From: Candidatus Falkowbacteria bacterium
Lineage (GTDB): Bacteria > Patescibacteriota > Patescibacteriia > Patescibacteriales > UBA12465
DNA length: 64,000 bases
Direction: 5' to 3'
Assembly (NCBI GenBank): GCA_026396875.1
Contig: JAPLVY010000004.1
Location: 10,828-74,827 of the forward strand
Made by a program: the position numbers and the translations under genes. Under the pieces are notes generated by a model, which was not told where the DNA came from, made no database searches, and worked only from the letters and a program-made list of their open reading frames with translations. Shown one piece after another: positions 34,086 to 43,617 of the stretch (positions within the stretch are counted from its first letter, which is position 1; the number at the start of each line of letters is the position of its first letter).

Positions 34086-35954
34086 ATGTCCCAGGCCAAC
34101 ACAAAATCCGAGAAAAAACTCACCGGTCGGAAGTTTTTTAATGACCACCAAGAAGTGATGGCAATGCCTGATCTGATTGAGATTCAGAAAGATTCTTATC
34201 GCTGGTTTTTGGAAGAAGGCTTGGCTGAGCTCTTCGATGAGATTAATCCGATTTCTGACTTTATCGGTCGTGACCTAGAGTTGTATATGGAAGATTATTA
34301 TCTCGATGAGCCGAAGTTTAATGAAACTGAAAGTCGCGAGAAGAACATTACCTACGAAGCTTCTCTGCGCGTCAAGACTCGCTTGCTGAATAAGAAAACC
34401 AATCAGGCGATTTCTCAGGAGGTATTTTTGGGAGACTTCCCAATCATGACCGACAAGGGAACATTCATCATTAACGGAATCGAGCGCGTTATTGTTTCTC
34501 AGCTGATTCGTTCCGCTGGTGTAATGTTTACTGCCGAATTTGTTAAAGGAAAAAAATGCTACGGTGCCAAAATTATTCCGAATCGCGGTGCCTGGCTAGA
34601 AATTGAAACTGATCAAAATAAAGTTCTCTGGGTGCGTATTGATCGCAAGAGAAAAGTAGCCGTAACTTCTTTGTTGCGTGCTTTTGGCTACGTTAATGAT
34701 GAAGAATTAATCAACTTATTCAAAGACGTTGATTTAAAAAAGACTCCCGACGAAATCGGTTTCTTGGAAGCAACAATTGAAAAGGATGCTGCCAAAACCG
34801 AAGAGGAAGGTTTGCAAGAAGTTTACAAAAGAATCCGTCCAGGCGACTTGGCTTCCTCGGAGAATGCCCGCCAATTGATTCAATCAATGTTTTGCCGTTT
34901 CGACCGCTATGATTTTGGTCGTGTTGGTCGTTATAAATTAAATCGCCGCTTTGGTCTTGATTTAGCCAACAAGAAAGAAAATCGAGTTTTACGAAAAGAA
35001 GATCTGGTTTTAATTATTAAGGAAGTTATTCGTTTAAATATTGTTAAGGAGCCAGAGGATGATATTGATCACTTGGGAAATCGCCGCGTGCGCGCTATCG
35101 GTGGCTTGATTCAGAATCGTTTCCGCGTTGGTTTAGCGAGAATGGAACGTATTGTTAAAGACAGAATGTCCACTTCTGATATCGCCAGTATTACTCCAAC
35201 CAAACTGATCAATGCCCGACCAGTTATTGGTGTTGTCAAAGAATTTTTCATGTCTTCCCAGCTTTCTCAATTCATGGATCAGACTAACCCGCTAGCTGAA
35301 CTTGAGCACAAACGTCGTTTAAGTGCGATGGGTCCTGGTGGTTTGACTCGTGAACGTGCTGGCTTTGATGTTCGTGACGTGCATACCACTCACTATGGAC
35401 GCATCTGTCCAATTGCTACTCCGGAAGGTCCAAACATCGGCCTAGTTGGTCATCTTTCTAGTTTTGCTCGTCTGAATAGCTATGGCTTCCTGGAAACTCC
35501 TTATCGCAAGGTTGTTCATGAGAATACTGGTAGCCGAGTAACCAACGAAATTGTTTATATTGACGCTTTTGAAGAAGAAAAATTTATTACCGCTGATGCC
35601 ACCATCCCAATGGATGAGACTGGCAAGATTTTGGTAAATAAATTTCAGGTGAGAAAATTTGGTCAGCCGGCAACCGAAGAAACTGCTAAAGTAGATCTCG
35701 TTGGTGTTGCCGCCAATCAGATTATTTCTATTGCCACCAGCTTAATTCCTTTCATGGAACACAACGATGGTCAGAGATCTTTAATGGGAACAAACATGCA
35801 ACGTCAGGCTGTGCCTTTAGTTAAGGCTGAAGCGCCTGTTGTTGGTACTGGAGTTGAAGAAAGAGCGGCTCGTGACTCTGGTCACGTCGCGATTGCTAAA
35901 GAAGACGGTATAGGCTGTCCGAGTAGATTCTTCTTGTATCGAAACAATCGATAA
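34086..35954 (+). CDS. rpoB: RNA polymerase beta subunit, fragment 1 of 3 (frame broken near 35913)
   Basis: The conserved RpoB N-terminal two thirds are present ([66 protein letters not shown]). The last 14 codons ([13 protein letters not shown]) are off-frame. Confidence 0.9.
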   Translation: MSQANTKSEKKLTGRKFFNDHQEVMAMPDLIEIQKDSYRWFLEEGLAELFDEINPISDFIGRDLELYMEDYYLDEPKFNETESREKNITYEASLRVKTRLLNKKTNQAISQEVFLGDFPIMTDKGTFIINGIERVIVSQLIRSAGVMFTAEFVKGKKCYGAKIIPNRGAWLEIETDQNKVLWVRIDRKRKVAVTSLLRAFGYVNDEELINLFKDVDLKKTPDEIGFLEATIEKDAAKTEEEGLQEVYKRIRPGDLASSENARQLIQSMFCRFDRYDFGRVGRYKLNRRFGLDLANKKENRVLRKEDLVLIIKEVIRLNIVKEPEDDIDHLGNRRVRAIGGLIQNRFRVGLARMERIVKDRMSTSDIASITPTKLINARPVIGVVKEFFMSSQLSQFMDQTNPLAELEHKRRLSAMGPGGLTRERAGFDVRDVHTTHYGRICPIATPEGPNIGLVGHLSSFARLNSYGFLETPYRKVVHENTGSRVTNEIVYIDAFEEEKFITADATIPMDETGKILVNKFQVRKFGQPATEETAKVDLVGVAANQIISIATSLIPFMEHNDGQRSLMGTNMQRQAVPLVKAEAPVVGTGVEERAARDSGHVAIAKEDGIGCPSRFFLYRNNR

Positions 35955-35961
35955 GAAGGGA

Positions 35962-36300
35962 ATGGTTACTCGTTATACCTTGAATAAATTTTTACGTTCC
36001 AATTCCTCAACTTGTATTAACCAGCATCCAACAGTTAGTGTTGGTGATAAAATCAAAAAAGGCGACGTCTTGTCCGACGGTCCTTCTATCGACAATGGCG
36101 AGTTGTCTCTCGGTCGCAATGTCCTAGTAGCCTTTATGACCTGGGAAGGCTATAACTACGAAGATGCGGTTATTATTTCGGAACGCTTAGTTAAAGAAGA
36201 TGTTTATTCTTCTATTCATATTGAAAATTATACAATCGATGTTCGCGATACTAAATTAGGTCCGGAACTTATTACTAATGATATTCCAAATATCAGATGA
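35962..36300 (+). CDS. rpoB: RNA polymerase beta subunit, fragment 2 of 3 (conserved reading actually resumes at 35914)
   Basis: [44 protein letters not shown] and [15 protein letters not shown] are present, in the +1 frame relative to fragment 1. Confidence 0.9.
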   Translation: MVTRYTLNKFLRSNSSTCINQHPTVSVGDKIKKGDVLSDGPSIDNGELSLGRNVLVAFMTWEGYNYEDAVIISERLVKEDVYSSIHIENYTIDVRDTKLGPELITNDIPNIR

Positions 36301-37453
36301 AGAGGGTATTATTCGCATCGGCGCTGAAGTTTCTTCTGGCGACATTTTGGTTGGCAAGATCACTCCGAAAGGAGAAACTACGCTATCTGCTGAAGAAAAA
36401 TTATTACGTGCTATTTTTGGTGAGAAAGCCAAAGATGTTCGAGATTCTTCTTTGTACCTCGAGCACGGTGAACACGGTAAAGTAGTCGACATTAAATTAT
36501 TCTCTCGCGAAGAAGGCGATAAATTATCCGCCGGTGTTTTGAAATCAATTCAGATTTCTGTGGCTAATCTCCGAAAAATTCAGGTCGGTGATAAAATGTC
36601 CGGACGCCACGGAAACAAGGGGGTTATTTCCAAGATTGTTCCAGTGGAAGATATGCCTTATTTGGAAGACGGCACACCAATCGACATTATTCTTTCTCCT
36701 TTGGGTATTATTTCTCGTATGAACCTCGGTCAGTTGCTTGAAACTCACCTCGGTTTTGCGGCGAAAAAATTAGGATATCGAGTTGCTACCCCGGCCCTGA
36801 ACGGTGTTTCTGAAGAACAAATCCGTGAAGAATTACGAAAAGCTGGTTTGCCAGAAGATGGAAAAGTGGTGCTTTATGATGGCAAGACCGGTGATCCATA
36901 TGATCACAAGATTACTGTTGGCTATAAATATGTCTTGAAGCTCAACCACATGGTTGAAGATAAAATCCATCAACGTTCCATTGGTCCTTACTCTTTAATC
37001 ACTCAACAACCTTTGGGTGGTAAAGCACAATTTGGTGGCCAGCGTTTTGGTGAAATGGAAGTCTGGGCTCTTGAAGGCTATGGCGCCGCCCATACTTTGC
37101 AAGAAATTTTGACCATCAAATCCGATGACGTTCCTGGACGCAGCAAGGCTTATGAATCAATCATTAAGGGTGAAGAAATCGAAAAACTGAATGTTCCAGA
37201 ATCTTTTAACGTGCTTATTCGCGAATTGAAAGGTCTCTGTCTTGATGTTGAACTTCTTGGCAATAATGAAGTTTTAGAGGTACCGAAAGAAACGCCGGCA
37301 GAAATTTTTGCTGCCGAAGAAAATGGCAGGGCAAAAGATGATAAGTTTGCCTTTGATGCCCCAGAAGTTATTGTCCAAGAAGGAGAGTTGGCTGAACTGG
37401 AAAAACTTGATGAAACCGAAGCCGTCGAAGAGCCAAGTCCACTGGAAGAATAA
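36278..37453 (+). CDS. rpoB: RNA polymerase beta subunit, fragment 3 of 3 (conserved reading resumes about 36293)
   Basis: [83 protein letters not shown] are present, in the +1 frame relative to fragment 2. Confidence 0.9.
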   Translation: MIFQISDEEGIIRIGAEVSSGDILVGKITPKGETTLSAEEKLLRAIFGEKAKDVRDSSLYLEHGEHGKVVDIKLFSREEGDKLSAGVLKSIQISVANLRKIQVGDKMSGRHGNKGVISKIVPVEDMPYLEDGTPIDIILSPLGIISRMNLGQLLETHLGFAAKKLGYRVATPALNGVSEEQIREELRKAGLPEDGKVVLYDGKTGDPYDHKITVGYKYVLKLNHMVEDKIHQRSIGPYSLITQQPLGGKAQFGGQRFGEMEVWALEGYGAAHTLQEILTIKSDDVPGRSKAYESIIKGEEIEKLNVPESFNVLIRELKGLCLDVELLGNNEVLEVPKETPAEIFAAEENGRAKDDKFAFDAPEVIVQEGELAELEKLDETEAVEEPSPLEE

Positions 37454-37493
37454 TACTTCACCTCGTTATTAATTATCGCTTCATATAAAAAAT

Positions 37494-40400
37494 ATGTTAA
37501 ATCCAATCAAAACTAGCGATTTCGACGCCATCCGCCTCAAATTGGCCAGTCCAGAAAATATTCTTTCTTGGTCGTTTGGCGAAGTTACTCGCCCGGAAAC
37601 GATTAATTATCGCACCCAGAAGCCTGAAAAGGATGGCTTATTCTGCGAAAAGATTTTTGGTCCGACTAAGGACTGGGAATGCGCTTGCGGTAAATACAAA
37701 AAAATCCGCTACAAAGGAATCGTTTGCGATAAATGCGGCGTAGAAGTAACTCGCAGTGTGGTTCGTCGCGAAAGAATGGGCCATATCACCCTCCAGGTGC
37801 CAGCTACTCATATTTGGTTTTTACGCGGCGTTTCTTCTAAAATCGGTTTGTTGTTAAATCTCGGCATTCAATCCCTGGAAAAGGTTATTTATTATGCGAG
37901 TTTCATTGTGACCGAGGTAGATGAAGATTTGAAAGAAGCAACAATTGAACAAATTAAAAACGAATATAAATCAAAAAAGAAAAGCATCGACAAAGAAGGC
38001 GGTGATTTGAAAGAAGAAAAGACCAAGCAACTAGACGAAGAATTCAACACCACCTTAAAGGAATTAAAAGAACTAAAACCATTACTTGTTATCTCTGAAC
38101 AAAATTATCAGACTTTGAGTTTGAAATTTGGTCACATTTTTGAAGCCGGAATCGGCGCTGAGGCCATTAGAAAGTTGTTAGAAAAAATTGACCTAGAAAA
38201 GAGTGTAATCAAACTTGAAGAGAAACTTCAAGATGTTGTTGAATCCAAGAAGGACAAACTTATCAAGCGTTTAAAACTGCTCAAGAGTTTTAGAAATAAT
38301 AATATTCGCCCAGAGTGGATGATCCTTAACGTTTTGCCAGTTGTTCCACCAGACTTGCGCCCAATGGTTGCTCTTGATGGTGGTCGCTTTGCCGCTTCTG
38401 ATTTAAATGATCTATATCGCCGAGTGATTAACCGTAATAATCGCTTGAAGCAATTGGTGGACTTGAACGCTCCAGAAGTTATTTGTCGAAACGAAAAGCG
38501 CATGCTTCAGGAAGCAGTTGATGCTCTGATTGATAACTCTGCTCGTCACAGTAAAACCGTTACTGCTTCCACTGGTCAGAAACGTCAATTAAAATCTTTA
38601 GCTGACTCCCTAAAAGGCAAACAGGGACGTTTCCGCCAGAACTTACTCGGTAAACGCGTTGACTATTCCGGCCGTTCGGTAATCGTGGTTAATCCAAAAT
38701 TGAACTTGGACCAATGCGGTTTGCCAAAAATTATGGCTATCGAACTATTCAAGCCATTTATCATCAGCCAATTAATCAAGAGAGAAATTGTTCATAATGT
38801 TCGCAGTGCTTCTCGTTATATTGAAGCTGGTCACGACGAGGTCTTTGATATCTTAGAAGAAATCGTTCGCGAGGCCTTCGTATTATTAAACCGCGCTCCT
38901 ACTTTGCACAGACTCGGTATCCAGGCCTTCCGCCCGATTTTGATTGAAGGTAAGGCAATTCAAATTCATCCTTTGGTTTGTACCGCTTTTAACGCTGACT
39001 TTGATGGAGACCAAATGGCTGTCCATGTTCCATTAACCAAAGAAGCTCGTAAAGAAGCCGAAGAGTTGATGCTTTCCACCCACAACTTACTGAAACCAGC
39101 GACCGGCGATCCAATCGTTGCCCCTTCTCAAGATATCGTCTGGGGTGCTTACTATATGACGCTAGAGGATTCCGAGACCAAGGACCTAAAAGATGAAGAC
39201 TTGAAACGCTTTTCTGATGAAGACGAAGCCGATCTTGCTTATCAAAATAATTTTATTACTTTGCACCAACCGATTATTGTTCGTTTGCCAGACGGCAAGA
39301 GAATCAGAACCACTGTTGGTCGAGTAATTTTCAATCAAGTTTTGCCGGACAAACTACGTTATATCAATGATGTTATCGGCAAAGGAAAACTAAAAGATTT
39401 GATTCGTGAAGCACTCCGTTTATACGGTGAAGATGAGACTGTGCATTTTATTGACGACTTAAAGAATCGAAGTTTTGCCTTTATTACCAAATCCGGTTTA
39501 TCTTGGGGCTTTGGCGATCTGCCTACCTTGCCAGAAAAGGATCAGTTGATTGATGCTGCCAATACCCAGGTTGAATTAATCCAGGAACAATACGAAGAAG
39601 GTTTACTCACAGAGAGTGAAAGATACGCCAAGGTTGTCGAAGAATGGACTAAGACCAAAGATAAAATTGCTGAAATTTGTAAAAAAGGTTTGACCAAAAT
39701 TTTACCGGTGTTTTCTATGATTGAATCCGGAGCCAGAGGTTCTTGGGCTCAGCCAGTGCAGATTCTGGGTATGAAAGGTTTGGTGACTTCTCCTTCTGGA
39801 GCAATTATCGAATTGCCGGTAAAAGGAAATTTCAAAAAAGGCTTTGGTGTTTTGGAATACTTTATTTCCACCCACGGTGTTCGTAAAGGTTTATCCGATA
39901 CCGCTCTTCGTACCGCTAATGCTGGTTATTTGACTCGCCGTTTAGTTGATGTTTCTCAAGACATTATTGTTTCTCAGGATGATTGTGGCGATGACGAAGG
40001 TTTAATTATCACCAAGGCCGAAAGCGATAAGGTTGGCGAAGATTTCTTCAAGAGAATGCTTGGACGTTATTTAGCTAAGGACCTAATGGACACTGCTGGC
40101 AAAAAACTACTCTCCGCCGGCGAATTACTCACTGAAGAAGTGGTACGTGATTTGCGAACCAAGGAAATTTCCGAAGTTTGCGTGCGCTCAGTCTTGACCT
40201 GTAAAATGCATAAGGGAATTTGTGCTAAATGTTACGGTTATGATTTGGCCTATAATAAGCCAGTTAAACTTGGCGCAACTGTTGGTGTTATCGCCGCGCA
40301 ATCTATTGGTGAACCGGGAACCCAGTTAACAATGAGAACCTTCCATACCGGTGGTGTGGCTGGACAGGACGATATTACTCAAGGTTTGCCTCGTGTTGAA

Positions 40401-41354
40401 GAAATTTTTGAAGCCCGTTCTCCAAAAAAGAAGGCTCTTATTTCTGATGTTTCTGGCGCTGTAAAAATTGAATTTGCTCAGAAAATAATTAGAGACAAAG
40501 ATGGTAACGAAATCTCCGTCGCCAATCCTCAATCAAAAGTCCTCAGCATCACCTACAAAGGAAAAGACCAGGATAAATATTATTTCTCAGAGAAACAGAA
40601 TGAAATCAAACTCTCTGCAGGGGTAACTTCAAAAGACAAGAAAAAATTGGTGGTTAAGGTTTTGGTAGAAGATGGAATCAAGGTGACCAAAGGCACTCCA
40701 CTATTTTCTGTCGGTGAAGAAATAGTCAAGTCCAAGAGTGCTGGAAACACTGAAGTTAAAGACAAATTTGTTGGTGTGTCCAAGGAGATTGAAAAGATTA
40801 AGGAGTTTTCTATTCCTCGTGGCACCATGATCATGGTAAAAGACGGCGACACCGTTGAAAGAGGTGTGCAGTTAACTGAAGGAAGTCTTGATTTGCGTGA
40901 ACTCTATAAACTCAAAGGACGCTTAGAGACTCAGAAATATATTATTCGCGAAATTCAATACGTTTATTCTTCCCAGGGTCAGCCATTGAATGATAAGCAT
41001 ATTGAAATCATTTCTCGCCAGATGTTCTCCAGATACTTAGTCAAAGAAGCTGGTGACACCATTCTTTTGCCAGGAGAAACTATCGAAGAGGAAGTTTTGG
41101 ACAAAGCTAATCGTGAAACCAAATACCCAGCCACTGCTGAACGATTGCTACTGGGTATCACTAAAGCCTCTTTGACCACTGACAGCTTCTTGTCAGCCGC
41201 TTCCTTCCAGGAAACCCCTCGCGTCTTAATCGAGGCAGCGGTTAATGGGAAGATTGATTATCTTGAAGGCCTGAAAGAGAATGTCATCATTGGTTGCTTA
41301 ATCCCGGCCGGTACCGGGTATAAGGGCAAGCAAACCCGCGAAGAATACAAATAA
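37494..41354 (+). CDS. rpoC: RNA polymerase beta-prime subunit
   Basis: The zinc motif is CACGKYKKIRYKGIVCDKCGVEV. NADFDGDQMAVH is the catalytic triad. The protein is 1286 aa and intact. Confidence 0.95.
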   Translation: MLNPIKTSDFDAIRLKLASPENILSWSFGEVTRPETINYRTQKPEKDGLFCEKIFGPTKDWECACGKYKKIRYKGIVCDKCGVEVTRSVVRRERMGHITLQVPATHIWFLRGVSSKIGLLLNLGIQSLEKVIYYASFIVTEVDEDLKEATIEQIKNEYKSKKKSIDKEGGDLKEEKTKQLDEEFNTTLKELKELKPLLVISEQNYQTLSLKFGHIFEAGIGAEAIRKLLEKIDLEKSVIKLEEKLQDVVESKKDKLIKRLKLLKSFRNNNIRPEWMILNVLPVVPPDLRPMVALDGGRFAASDLNDLYRRVINRNNRLKQLVDLNAPEVICRNEKRMLQEAVDALIDNSARHSKTVTASTGQKRQLKSLADSLKGKQGRFRQNLLGKRVDYSGRSVIVVNPKLNLDQCGLPKIMAIELFKPFIISQLIKREIVHNVRSASRYIEAGHDEVFDILEEIVREAFVLLNRAPTLHRLGIQAFRPILIEGKAIQIHPLVCTAFNADFDGDQMAVHVPLTKEARKEAEELMLSTHNLLKPATGDPIVAPSQDIVWGAYYMTLEDSETKDLKDEDLKRFSDEDEADLAYQNNFITLHQPIIVRLPDGKRIRTTVGRVIFNQVLPDKLRYINDVIGKGKLKDLIREALRLYGEDETVHFIDDLKNRSFAFITKSGLSWGFGDLPTLPEKDQLIDAANTQVELIQEQYEEGLLTESERYAKVVEEWTKTKDKIAEICKKGLTKILPVFSMIESGARGSWAQPVQILGMKGLVTSPSGAIIELPVKGNFKKGFGVLEYFISTHGVRKGLSDTALRTANAGYLTRRLVDVSQDIIVSQDDCGDDEGLIITKAESDKVGEDFFKRMLGRYLAKDLMDTAGKKLLSAGELLTEEVVRDLRTKEISEVCVRSVLTCKMHKGICAKCYGYDLAYNKPVKLGATVGVIAAQSIGEPGTQLTMRTFHTGGVAGQDDITQGLPRVEEIFEARSPKKKALISDVSGAVKIEFAQKIIRDKDGNEISVANPQSKVLSITYKGKDQDKYYFSEKQNEIKLSAGVTSKDKKKLVVKVLVEDGIKVTKGTPLFSVGEEIVKSKSAGNTEVKDKFVGVSKEIEKIKEFSIPRGTMIMVKDGDTVERGVQLTEGSLDLRELYKLKGRLETQKYIIREIQYVYSSQGQPLNDKHIEIISRQMFSRYLVKEAGDTILLPGETIEEEVLDKANRETKYPATAERLLLGITKASLTTDSFLSAASFQETPRVLIEAAVNGKIDYLEGLKENVIIGCLIPAGTGYKGKQTREEYK

Positions 41355-41372
41355 GCAATTTTTACTTCAAAA

Positions 41373-41410
41373 AATTCCGTCCTTTAAGACAAAAGGTCGG
41401 AATTTTTTTT
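41373..41410 (+). terminator. intrinsic terminator after rpoC
   Basis: aattccgtcctt-ttaagacaa-aaggtcggaatt forms a 12-position stem with one mismatch, followed by tttttttt. Confidence 0.6.
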
Positions 41411-41436
41411 GAGGGGGTTTGTGCTATAATTTATTT

Positions 41437-43056
41437 ATGAGTCTAAAGAAGGGAAGAGGTCAAATAAATAGCATCACTTTGGCGGCGGCACTAGTCGCTT
41501 TGTCTTCTTTACTATCCAGATTTCTTGGTGTTATTCGTGATCGTATCTTGGCTGGGCAATTTGGCGCTGGCGAATCTCTGGATATTTACTATGCTGCCTT
41601 TCGGGTTCCGGACCTGATTTTTAATCTCGTGGTTCTCGGCGCTCTGTCCGCTGGCTTCATCCCGGTTTTTACCAACTTATTAAAAAAAGATGAGGATGAA
41701 AAAAACAATGAAGCTTGGAAGTTAGCTTCTAACGTTTTAAATTTTCTTTCCCTGGCAATTTTTTTACTTTCCCTTCTAGGAATCATTTTCGTAAATCCTC
41801 TGGTAAGATTAATTGTTCCCGGATTTTCTCCGGAGGCCCAACTCACCACCGCAAAACTGACCAGAATTATGTTTCTCTCTCCTTTATTTTTGGGGATATC
41901 TGGAGTTTTGGGAGGGATTCTGCAATCTACCAAACGTTTTTTAGTTTATTCAATCGCTCCCGTCGCCTACAACTTAGGAATTATTTTCGGCGCTCTTTAT
42001 TTATTCCGCTGGTTTGGTATTTACGGCTTGGCCTGGGGAGTAGTTATTGGCGCTTTACTTCACGCAGCCATCCAACTGCCAGCGGTCCTTCGCCTCGGCT
42101 TCAAATGGTCAATGGTTTTGGATTGGCGCGATAAAAACACCAGAAAAATTGGCCGAATGATGGTTCCACGCACCCTTAGCTTGGCGGTATCACAAATTGA
42201 TGCCCTAATTACTACGGTTATCGCCTCTCTGCTTCCTGGTGGTACTTTGACTATCTTCAATTTAGCTAATAATTTGCAATCTTTTCCGGTGGGAATTTTC
42301 GGAGTTTCTTTCGCGATTGCTGCCTTCCCATCTTTTTCTGAAAATGCTTTTAATCCAGAGATCCTAGTAAAGAAATTTACTTCAACCATGCGGCAGATTA
42401 TTTTCTTTGTCATTCCTACCACAGTTTTTATTATTACCTTACGGGCTCAAATCATCCGCGTGGTTCTTGGTAGCGGTTCTTTTGATTGGAACGACACCGT
42501 ATTAACGATGAATGCTCTCGGTCTTTTTTCCATTAGTTTGGTGGCACAAGCCGCCGCTCCACTTTTAGTGAGAGTATTTTATGCTCGTCATAATTCAAAA
42601 ACTCCTTTGTATATCGGTCTAGTTAGTGTGGCGGTGGACATTCTTCTTTCCTGGTTCCTGGGAATGAGAATGGGATCCGCCGGCTTGGCTTTGGCAGTAT
42701 CTATTTCTAGCGCAATCAACTTTATTTTACTCTGGTTATTCCTGTATATAGAAGTGCCAACACTGAACTCTTTTCCAATTTTTATCACGGCCCTGAAATA
42801 TTCGGCCGCGGCACTGCTAGCTGGTGTAGCAATTCAGATTTCCAAAGTTGCTATCTGGCCTTATATTGATATGACTAGGTTTTACGGAGTATTTATTCAG
42901 TTGTTAGTTTCAATCTCTGCCGGCACTCTTGTCTATGCCTTTATTTGTAAAATGCTAGGTAGTGAAGAAATGGATAGTTTCTTGGGTGCAATTAAGGGAC
43001 GCTGGCGTTTCAAGAAGGTGACAGTGGAGGATCAAAGCGAAGCCAGGGGAAATTAG
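41437..43056 (+). CDS. murJ: lipid II flippase MurJ (MviN)
   Basis: SRFLGVIRDRILAGQFGAGESLDIYYAAFRVPDLIFNL is the MurJ N-terminal signature. There are about 14 TM helices. I prefer the ATG at 41437. Confidence 0.85.
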   Translation: MSLKKGRGQINSITLAAALVALSSLLSRFLGVIRDRILAGQFGAGESLDIYYAAFRVPDLIFNLVVLGALSAGFIPVFTNLLKKDEDEKNNEAWKLASNVLNFLSLAIFLLSLLGIIFVNPLVRLIVPGFSPEAQLTTAKLTRIMFLSPLFLGISGVLGGILQSTKRFLVYSIAPVAYNLGIIFGALYLFRWFGIYGLAWGVVIGALLHAAIQLPAVLRLGFKWSMVLDWRDKNTRKIGRMMVPRTLSLAVSQIDALITTVIASLLPGGTLTIFNLANNLQSFPVGIFGVSFAIAAFPSFSENAFNPEILVKKFTSTMRQIIFFVIPTTVFIITLRAQIIRVVLGSGSFDWNDTVLTMNALGLFSISLVAQAAAPLLVRVFYARHNSKTPLYIGLVSVAVDILLSWFLGMRMGSAGLALAVSISSAINFILLWLFLYIEVPTLNSFPIFITALKYSAAALLAGVAIQISKVAIWPYIDMTRFYGVFIQLLVSISAGTLVYAFICKMLGSEEMDSFLGAIKGRWRFKKVTVEDQSEARGN

Positions 43057-43121
43057 TATTTGATAAAATTAAAAAGGACTGTCTTGATTTTTTTATAAAT
43101 CTTGACGGTCCCTTTTTATTA

Positions 43122-43445
43122 CTAACTCAATGGAGCGAAGAGGTTTAACCCTTCTTGCAAGCTTCCCTGAAAGTGGGCTTCCTCTCCATTATCGGTATTA
43201 ATATAATATCTTGCGATATCACTCTTTGTATTAAACTTGTAAACATGTACTAATTCGGGGGATTTTCTATGTCCCACAAACCAGGTTACCGATATTTCCC
43301 CTTTATCTTTCTCAAAATTTGAGAATTTAGGAAAATGGCTGCTTTTTTTAAGACGGCGCATAATCCGGTTGCTTTTACTGAAATAATTGATAATTAACAC
43401 GGCCAACATGATAGCCAAAATTACTTGTGATACTGTTGCATTCAT
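43122..43445 (-). CDS. hypothetical membrane-anchored protein
   Basis: 107 aa with a single N-terminal TM helix (VSQVILAIMLAVLIINYF). Confidence 0.45.
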   Translation of the reverse strand: MNATVSQVILAIMLAVLIINYFSKSNRIMRRLKKSSHFPKFSNFEKDKGEISVTWFVGHRKSPELVHVYKFNTKSDIARYYINTDNGEEAHFQGSLQEGLNLFAPLS

Positions 43446-43617
43446 CGCTAAATTTATTTGATTGTTAATTTATTATAATATATTATTTAACAAATGTCAA
43501 TAGTAATGTCAATCCCTTGGTTGTTTGCTTATTATCATTAATAATTATTTGCATAATATTTATTTAATATTAGCTACATCCATTGACCACCTTTGTCAAA
43601 TCAGTTAAGATAAGGCT

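Noticed and set aside
34086-37453. Natural split of rpoB into separate subunit genes (as in archaea)
   Set aside because: The breaks fall inside conserved blocks. The ORF ends are out-of-frame read-through tails. Fragments overlap and lack clear ribosome-binding sites. The pattern is that of indels, not evolved gene fission.
43494-43514. Direct repeat aatgtcaat x2 upstream of lepA, considered as an operator
   Set aside because: The repeat is only 9 nt, in a very AT-rich spacer, with no supporting symmetry or second line of evidence. It is likely chance.
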